Source: the human T2T-CHM13v2.0 reference genome, Homo sapiens
Assembly: GCF_009914755.1 (NCBI RefSeq)
Contig: NC_060936.1
Reading direction: 5' to 3' (one strand)
DNA length: 64,000 nt
Below are positions 54,724 to 64,000 of the stretch, piece by piece. The notes under the pieces were generated by a model. It saw only the letters and a list, made by a program, of their open reading frames with translations. It did no database searches and was not told where the DNA came from. Each line of letters starts with the position of its first letter. Position 1 is the stretch's first letter. A program made the translations under genes and the position numbers.

Positions 54724-55506
54724 TGTCTAAGCCCTTATCAAAAAGATAAGGACACAAGTGTCAGAGCAGGTGAACGACTTGACAAAGGTCATTCATGTGC
54801 AGGTTGGAATATGTGCTATTCACAAGATCTTAACTGCTGATTAAGGCTGCATGGTAATGAATAACCCAGGCAGTGGAATTAAACATAAACTTGATTTAAA
54901 CTTGTTATTAAAGCATAGACTTGTTATTAACATCAGAAAGTCAGAAGGGATATTTTTATATTCTAAGACAAATTTTGCCTGAAAAGTAATCTTACTGGCG
55001 ACACTTTTCCATGTTAGCCCAATATTAGAAAAATAGATCTCATGCTGCCTTGATGGTAAGTAGTTTCTCAGAACATTGTGTCTAGAAGACTTTAATTGCT
55101 TGCATCATAACTCATCAGCCCATCAAACATATCAATAAGAAGCTCAATGGCAGATTTAAATGTCTTAAAAGAATATAACAACTATATTATCTCTGGATAG
55201 AGCTCAGCATAAATTAGAACAGAAAAGTAATTTTCAAAATCATCTCCTTGTGTTTAAATCTAGGCAACCATTTAAAATGTGTCAAATTCTCATAGGAATT
55301 AATATACAAAGCTTAAGTTTTAAATTGTTCTGCAAATAAATCCCAGTGCATGTCTAATTATTATGAACATTTCTAAAAAGCCATTTTTTATCTCAGATAT
55401 TATATTTGCATCTCAACCTTTTAGTCAATGAAGAATTTGAATTCACTTCAAGTTTTCATGATAAAGGTAAAGTAACCCTCCCATCCACAGGCACACGCAC
55501 ACCTTT

Positions 55507-57504
55507 AAATATGGTTTGGCTCTCTGTCCCCAAATCTCATCTTGAATTGTAATCCTCACATGTCAGGAGAGGGCCTGGTGGGACAGGGATTGGATCATGG
55601 GGACAGTTTCCCCCATGCTGTCCTCATGATAGTAGTAAGTTCTCACAAGAGCTGTTGGTTTTAAAAGTGTTTGGCCATTCCCCTTTTGCTCTCTCTCTCT
55701 CCTGCCACCATGTAAGAGATGCTTTGCTTCCCCTTCATTTTCCGCCATGATTCCAAGTTTCTTGAGGCCTCTTCAGCCATGGGAAACTGGGATTCAGTTA
55801 AACCTCTTTTGTTTATAAATTACCCAGTCTCAGATAGTATCTTTATAGAAGTGTGAAAATGGATTAATACAGATAATTTGTACTGGGAGTGAGGCATTGC
55901 TATAAAGAATCTGAAAATGTGGAAATGATTTTGGAGCATTTGGAGCACAGGAGCATCTGCCTGTGGGTTAACAGGCAGAGGTTGGAATATTTTGGAGGGC
56001 TCAGAAGAAGACAGGGAGAAGTGGAAAAGTTTTAGACTTCCTAGAGACTTGTTGAATGGTTTTGACCAAAATGCTGATAGTGATATGGACAATGAAGTCC
56101 AGGCTGTTATGGTCTCAGATGGAGATGAGAAACTTACTGGGAACTGGAGTAAAGGTCACTCACGCTATGCTTTAGCAAAGATACAGGTGGCATTTTGCCC
56201 CTGCCCTAGAGATCTGTAAAACTTTGAACTCAAGAGATGATTTAGGTATTGTATCTGGTGGAAGAAATTTCTAAGCATCAAAGAATTCAAAAGGTGACCT
56301 AGCTTATTCTGAAAGCGTTCAGTTATATGCGTTCACAAAAAGACAGTTTGAAACTGGAACTTGTTTAAAAGGGAAACAGAGAATAAGGGTTTGGAAAATT
56401 TGCAGCCTGACCATGCGGTAGAAAAGAAAAACTCATTTTCTGGGGAGAAATTCAAGCTGGCTGCAAAAATTTGCCTAAGTAATGAGGAGCCAAATGTTAA
56501 TAGCCAAGACAATGGGGAAATGTAGGGCTGGTGCCCGCATACAGAGTCCCCACTGGGGCATTGCCTTGAGAAGCTGTGAGAGGAGGGCTGCCATCCTCCA
56601 GATCCCAGAGTGTAGATCCACTGACAGCTTCCACCATGCACTTGGAAAAGCCACAGACATTCAATGCCAGCTCATGAAAGCAGCTGTGGGCTGTACCCTG
56701 CAAAGCCACAGAAGTGGAGCTGCCCAAGGCCTTGGGAGCCCACCCCTTGCATCAGCATATCCTGAATGGGAGACATGGAGTCACAGGAAATGTGGGAGTT
56801 TTAAGATTAAATGCCTGCCCTGCTCAGTTTGGGACTTTCATTGGACCTGTAGCCCCTTTGTTTTGACCAATTTCTTCCATTTGTAACAGGAACATTTACC
56901 CAATGCCTGCACCTTCACTGTATCTTGGAAATAACTAACTTTTTTATTATTTTATAGGCTCATTGGTGGAAGGAACTTGCCTTGTCTCAGGTGAGACTTT
57001 GAACTTGGACTTTTGAGTTAATGCTGGAATGAGTTGACTTGGGGGGATTGTTGGAAAGACATGATTGGTTTTGAAATGTGAGAAGGATGTGAGATTTGAA
57101 AGGGGCCAGGGGTGGAATAATATGGTCTGGCTCTTTGTCCCCACCCAAATCTCATCTCAGATTGTAATCCCCCATGCGTCAGGATTGGGACCTGGTGGGA
57201 GGTGATTGGATCATGGGGATGGTTTCCCTCATGCTGTTCTCGTGATAGTGAGTGAGTTCTCACGAGAACTGATGATTTTAAAAGTGTTTGGCAGTTCCCC
57301 CTTTGTACTCTCTCTCTCTCTCTTTCTCTCTCCAGCTGTCATGTAAGACATGCTGCCTTGCTTCCCCTTCACCTTCCACCATGATTCTAAGTTTCCTGAG
57401 GTCTCTCCAGCCATGCAGAACTGTGAGTCAATTAAACCCCTTTTGTTAATAAATTACCCAGTCCCAGGTAGTATCTTTATAGCAGTGTGAAATGAACTAA
57501 TACA
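55507..57504 (+). mobile_element. Two-LTR MaLR provirus (THE1D-like): 5'LTR ~55507-55871, internal ~55872-57117, 3'LTR ~57118-57504
   Basis: Both LTRs run atggt(t/c)tggctct...taataca. Internal THE1/MST-int text ggagggctcagaagaagacagg and ttgaccaaaatgctgatagtgatatggacaatgaagtccaggctg; polypurine tract aggggccaggggtggaa before the 3'LTR. No clean TSD seen. Confidence 0.93.
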
Positions 57505-58649
57505 GCACAGAAACCATAGTTGCTCAGCTTTCCTTTTAAGAGAGTTTGGGAGCCAGAGGCTGTTATTGACTCTTTTCAGACAAAATTCTAAGATTTTCCT
57601 TGCAGTAGTTCCAGCTTCAATATCTTAGATAACTGCTTCATGAAGCCTGTGTCAAAACATACTCCCAATGGACTATTGAGAGAATTGTAGAATAAAATTG
57701 TAGCATTCTAGGGTTAGCACTCTAACTCTTTCTCTTTGAAGCATATTCCATCAAATATATCCTAATACAAACACATTTCAATGTAAGACAAAGGGCAATA
57801 ATAAACATACCTTAAGCAATAAGTGCTTATAGTTTCCCCCTCTTTGAATGGGAAGACTGTAGTCACTACTCTGTGAGAATCCATTATATGCTGTTGTTTT
57901 GTTTTAAAAATGCTTGTTTTTTGTTTATTATTGTTTGTTTCAGTTTATTGTTTTCCCACATGAGACAATAGTTAATTTAAAAATGAGCTTTTATTCATGT
58001 CTTTGAGACAGCCTCATTAAATCTTTTAGGACATTAAATTTTCCACCTTTTATTTTCCTTTTAATAATATGACAAATCTGTGGGGTTTTGCCTGAGCTAG
58101 ACAATGTGGCATTTATTTATTTATTCAGAAGCATTTTCAGGGACCACTTGAAAAAGTTTGTTTCTAAAATCCTTAATAATGTTATCCTAATCCATCATGT
58201 TACTTGCTATTTGCATAGTCATTTCATTGGATAGTTTATGAAAAATGGAAGGGAAAGTATTTTCTTACAGTGCCATTTTTCACAAGACTCACTTCCTGAT
58301 GAGAACATGAGAAGCAGTTTCTTCCTGAGACCCACTTTAGTTTGTCCCAACCTTCTGAAGAGACATGGGGCTGCCCTGACAGTCTGCTGATTTTGTACAG
58401 TGACCACTATCCCTGTCTGCTCTAGTCTTTTTTCACTTTGACTCTGTGAAGACCATCTTCTGGAAAGAATGGACATTTCAGTCTAGTCAGCCAAGAAAAC
58501 AAGCTGCCCAAGTTTCTGTCACACTCAAAGCTTCTATGAGTCATTGAATTTGCACTTCTTTTGTCACCTCTTCCCAAGCCCCTTATGATCTTAACAGGGC
58601 ATGTCCAAACTTGCCAGAGCATATTCATGAATTATCTAAAGAATTCCAT

Positions 58650-59425
58650 TGTTATGGTCTGAATAGTGTTCCTCAGAATTCATATGTCAAAGTCCTGATC
58701 CCCAGTACCCTCAGAATGTGACTGTATTTGGAGATAAGACCTTTAAAGGGATAATTAAGGTAAAATGGGGTCATATGTGCACACCCTAGTTCAATATGAC
58801 TGGTGTCTTTACAAGAAGAGAAGATTAAGACAAAGACATGCACAGAGGGAAGACCATGTGAAGACACTGGGAAAAGATGATGTGTTAGTCCATTTCCTAT
58901 TGCTATGACAGAATACCACAGACTGGGAAATTTATTTAAAAGAGAGAGAGAGAGATTTATTTGGCTCACAGTTCTAGAGACTGGGAAGTCCAACAGCATG
59001 ATGACAATATCTGCTTGGCATCTGGTGAAGGCCTTCTTACTGTGTCATCACACACTGGAAAGGCAGAAGGTATCACATGATGGGAGAGGGTAAGAGAGAG
59101 TGAGACAGAGAGAAAGAGAGAATCATATTCCCACAATAATGGCATTGACCTAATCACCTCTTAAAGGACCCACCTCTCAACACTGTTACAATAGCAATTA
59201 AATTTTAGCATGAGTTTTGAAAAGAATATTTAAACCATAGCAGCCAGCCATCTATGAGCCAAAAACAGAGACCTCAGAAAGAATCAACCCTGACAACACC
59301 TTAATCTTGGACCTCTAGCCTCCAGAGCTGTGAGAAAATTAACTTCTGTTGTTTAACAAAAATTCTGTTGTTTAAACCACCCAGTCTGTGGTAATTGGCT
59401 ATGGCAGCTCTTGAAAATTAATACA
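58650..59425 (+). mobile_element. MLT1B-type LTR, split by an MST insertion
   Basis: tgttatggtctgaatagtgttcctcagaattcatatg...cagaatgtgactgtatttggagata...; resumes at 59233 and ends ccacccagtctgtggtaa...taataca. Confidence 0.88.
58881..59232 (-). mobile_element. MST (B/C/D-type) LTR nested antisense in MLT1B
   Basis: tgtgttagtccatttcctattgctatgacagaataccacagactggg...ggctcacagttctagagactgggaagtccaa...aaaccatagca. Confidence 0.85.
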
Positions 59426-61699
59426 ATTATTTCTCTCTAACTCAACTTTGAACACCTATGAGAGGCTGAGGTAAACTGGCAAAAGGTAAGACTGGAGAGA
59501 AAGTCTTGTGTAAGATTATGTATGATCTTCAAGGTTCTGGAAGGAATTATAATTTTATTCTAAATGAGATGAAAGAAGGCTATGGAATTCAATAGCAAGG
59601 ATAAAACCCTTTGAGAAGGCAAGATTTGAGCAGTTTAAATAGAGAAGTAATGATGTAAGTCACACAGTGGATTAAAAACTGGATAGGTTTTAGTAAGAAC
59701 ATGGATTCAGGGAGTAGAGGTGATTAAAGTACCTATGCCTTTTTTCTAACAATAACCCATGTAACTCTGGCTTGTATTTAATATGAAGAATTAAATACAA
59801 GTTTAGTGCCTTGATCTAATATTTTTTTCATCTTCAGTGGAAAAAGAACCAGCAGGTTCCTAATGAATTACTTAGACCTATTACCAACTACTCAAAGAAA
59901 AAAAATGTAATTTTTTCATATCTTGTGTTTAGGATAATCTGAAAGTATGTTTTCCCTGGAGACTGATATTTATGAACTTGCATCATTATACTATATGGAG
60001 ATAGAAAGTTAGAAAATAAATAGCAATCAGAAGATTTTGTTTACTTTGCCATAACGCATTAGCTATCATTAGCCTTATATCCCTAGTCATTGGTATTTCA
60101 CAAGTTAACATTAAAAAATACTTTTTGTGCTACCCTGTGAATTTTCTTTCTCACATAAAAATTCTGCAGTGATTATATAAAACCTTAAGTAGGTCATAAT
60201 CATGTTCAGAGATTATCATTTGCTTGCCAGTGCAATCTTGGAAGATAGCACTACATTTCTTAAATAGGAACTTTTGTTTCAGCTCACCTAGCTAAGAGTA
60301 GTCATAATACAATTGGGACTTCACTTGAAAATGTACAGTAATAGCCAGAATTGAGTTGCCAAGTTTTCCTGGGATGTTGTCAGAAACATTAAATGTTTAC
60401 CATTGTTTTGCTATTTGGTTGGTTGTGATTTAGACTTCTAATTAAAATTCAGTGAGAGAAGGTATGAAAAACAGCACAATTCCTGGTACTTGGTGGGCAT
60501 TCAAAAAATGTATACAGAATGAGTTATTAAATGACTTAATGAATGTATCCTAGTTAGAGCAGAAAAGTAGCTGGTCATCAAAAGGAAACTGAAACTATGT
60601 TCTAGAAAGTAGTCACGAACTCAAGCCATACCTTTGCTTTACCTTTATTTCTACTTAATTTTTCTCCCTCTCTACTAATTGGCTTTCTTTGCTACTTTGT
60701 TCCCATGGATATCTCATTTCTTCTGAGTTTAAATCTGTGTAATATGCTAATGTGTTATTACTCACCCACCCCTCAGAGACTGCCTTTTGTTCTCAGTTTC
60801 AAACCCCTGGAATCATCTGATTGGTTCGCTTAAAAGTCCACCTTCGTCCAATTGGTTTTCTCAAAGAGGACAGATTTGCACATGGCAAACGTGACTCATG
60901 AACAAATTCTCTATGTGTCCCCATGAATGAAAGGCCAGTTGCTAGAGAAAGAAAATCATATATTGGGCAGATGCCTAAAAGTTGTTACCTGATGACTGTG
61001 AGAGAGAGGAGAAGCAGTAAACTTTTAGTGGAAAATGAATAAATAAAAGGACATCAGGACGAGATGCAAAGGAAAGATGAGAAGATGATGACTTTGAATC
61101 AGAATGGCAGAGAGATTTGAAGTCAACAATCACAGAAGAATCATCCATAATTTAGTGGGTAATCTCTCTACTCTTGGTCTCAAGTGGACATTGAGTAAGT
61201 ATTACCAGATACATATATGTTTCAGATGTGTAGATTTATAGTATATACTTGCATCAGGATTAGGCAGTATGAGATTCAACCTATGAATATTTTCCCACTT
61301 CTGTTACTTCTTCTACATTTATAAATCAAGAGTAACACAAAAATTCATTTCATAATACATTATTTTGATATTCTTTCATCATTTGAATGAAAAGCAGCTT
61401 ATATTTAAAAGGGAGAGAAGAAAAAAAACCAACTAACCTTGAGTTTCTGCTGAAGTAGCTGAGGATCCAAGATGCTCTAGGCTGCAAGCTGAAGTTTGAA
61501 GAAAATTCAGCCTGCTGACTTTTATCCTCTCTTTTGGACAAGATGACTGTGGGCAATTTGGGCCTCTGGCTATGAAACATGAACCTGTCTATCCGCGTTA
61601 TTAATGGATACTTGATGGGATGAGCTAACAATGACTTTGGTTTCTTTGAAAAAAGGAAATTTCTTGAGATAGGAAAAGCCAAATAAACAGAAATACGGT

Positions 61700-61905
61700 G
61701 ACAACAACTAACATTTATAGACTGCTTATGATGTGCTAAGCATTGTATTAAGTACTTTAAATGGTTTATTTAATTTAATACTTACAGTCAATCTATGACA
61801 TGCATACTATCATTACCCCTATTTTATAGATGAGAAAATCAAGGTTTCAAGAAGTTAAGTAACTACTCAAGCTCACATTAGCTAGAAATAGAGTAGAACT
61901 GAAAT
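61700..61905 (-). mobile_element. MIR
   Basis: ctaacatttatagactgcttatgatgtgctaagcattgt...ccctattttatagatgagaaaatcaagg...aagttaagtaact. Confidence 0.8.
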
Positions 61906-62057
61906 TTTGCTCTATATACTTTAGAACCATCATTTTCCTATAGACCTTAACATATTATATTTTGCTGCATCCTTCATGTGGAGAATGAAATTCCAGGCCA
62001 ATCAACAAGTCATGAAAGTAAGCCCTCCTCTCTCCGGGTTAAAATATAATTGGACTT

Positions 62058-62536
<479 letters not shown>

Positions 62537-62813
62537 TTATACCTTAGTTAATTTAATGCACAAACTTCTAAATATTACTTGTACGTCAGCTGTTTCAAAT
62601 TGTTCTGAGCCCAAAAGATGGAATTTCTTATTCATAGATAGGAAAAGAAGGAATGGGGATAAGTGGATAGAAGGGTTACGCCAAGGCTATAATTAAATTT
62701 TTGCAGGAAACACCAAGGAGCTACTCCATAAGAGGGAAACAGTGTTCTACCTTTCAAATTACTTTCTTTTGAAGTACATTGTAAGCCCAGAAGGAAGTTT
62801 AGTTATAACCCTA

Positions 62814-63188
62814 TGATATGGTTTGGCTGTGTCCCCACCCAAATCTCATCTTGAATTGTAGCACCCATAATTTCCACAGGTCATTAGAGGGACTGGATGA
62901 AAGGTAGTTGAATTATGGGGCTGGTTACCTCCATGCTGTTCTCATTATAGTGAGTGAGTTCTCACAAGATCTGATGGTTTTACAAGGGGCTTCCCCCTTT
63001 GCTCGGCTCTTCTCCTTCCTGCCACCATGTGAACAAGGAAACATTTGCTTCTGCCTTCAACATGATTGTAAGTTTCCTGATGCCTCCACAGCCATGTGGA
63101 ACGGTGAGTCAATTAAACCTCTTTTTTTTAAACAAATTAACCAGTCTCAGGTATACCTTTATTAGCCGTGTGAGATCAAACCAATACA
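62814..63188 (+). mobile_element. THE1 (B/C-type) solo LTR
   Basis: tgatatggtttggctgtgtccccacccaaatctcatcttgaattgtag...gtgagtcaattaaacctc...aataca. Confidence 0.92.
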
Positions 63189-63827
63189 CCCCCAAATATT
63201 CATAGCAAAATCCAACTCCAGGCATGACCCCCATCCATGGTGAAATCATATTACCACTTTTCTTTTGCTTAATTTTGGATAGAAATGGGCACATTTGTCC
63301 TTAGTATATCACATAAAAGTGGATATGGATACATAAAAATACGGATATATCGAAAAGATTCTAAACAAGAAAGGAATTTGTGCATATTATTTTTTCCTAA
63401 GTGAGATAGGCAGATATCCTGGGGTGAAATCTCGGTGACCTTAATTTTCATATCTTGCTTAAAACAACAGTTATAATTTATTATTTTCATCTATTACTAT
63501 GAGAAGAAAATATTAACACATTTGTGTTTCAGGAATTTCAGGCTTATTTGTTTATTTTCCCAATGATATTCATAGCACTTTCCCACTACCAACTTCTAGA
63601 TTTGCTCCTAGAATATGGATGGAAATAAAGGGAAGTCAGAAACCTTCTTTCAGGAACCCAGGAACCCACTGAATACAGGGCAAGAAAAACAGGCTTAAAG
63701 AATTTGTCATGAGAAAGAGAAAATGGTTTTCTTACTTCATACAACATTAGCAGTTAAATCTAAAATCCTGAACTACAAATTATTTCAACTTTACCACAGA
63801 AATCTTCATCAAGAACACTCTATTTTA

Positions 63828-64000
63828 AATCTACAAGAAAACAACAACAACAACAACAACAAAACATTAACAAGTGGACAAAGGGCATGAACAGATACTT
63901 TTCAAAAGAAGACATTTAGGCAGCCAACAAACATATGAACAAAAGCTCAACATTACTGATCATTAGAGAAATACAAATCAAAACCACAACGAGATAGCAT
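63828..64000 (+). mobile_element. L1P-type ORF2 3' region with a (CAA)n tract, running off the window end
   Basis: aagtggacaaagggcatgaacagatacttttcaaaagaagacattt...cattagagaaatacaaatcaaaaccacaacgagata. Confidence 0.88.

Noticed and set aside
55992-56886. ORFs in the THE1 internal region (EGSEEDR...DLLNGFDQNADSDMD)
   Set aside because: They are broken remnants or alternative frames of the MaLR internal ORF, with stops and a probable deletion.
54890-59376. Short tandem duplications (acttgttattaa x2 at ~54900-54930; ttctgttgtttaa x2 at ~59344-59375)
   Set aside because: Ordinary replication-slippage duplications with no further structure.

Overview
AT-rich, repeat-dense primate (most likely human) non-coding DNA, either intergenic or deep intronic. 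I find no supportable protein-coding gene, CpG island, tRNA or CRISPR array; the supplied ORFs are chance frames or derive from Alu, L1, MaLR or microsatellite sequence. The window holds a near-full-length decayed ancient L1 (about 1.65-8.44 kb), several other L1 3' fragments, about 11 Alus, many MaLR/ERVL LTRs including a two-LTR THE1-type provirus (55.5-57.5 kb), DNA-transposon relics (MER1B, MER44A, MER58A, MER3, MER5-like) and MIR/L2 relics. The most unusual observations are three 3'-truncated, poly(A)-less retrocopies of Pol III RNAs, each with a target-site duplication (TSD): U6 at 2859-2895, an Alu/FLAM 5' end at 18094-18177, and 5S rRNA at 62420-62461. The 5S copy appears to share its L1-endonuclease site with a later AluY. 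Also notable are nested inverted duplications inside a compound microsatellite (24941-25181), a diverged ~100-bp duplication (19591/20811), a 96-bp higher-order palindromic minisatellite (48571-48840) and a templated insertion in the THE1 internal region. Repeat subfamily names come from recalled consensus sequences, not an alignment, and boundaries of old repeats are approximate. I could not identify the locus, and I see no evidence of a novel multi-gene system.
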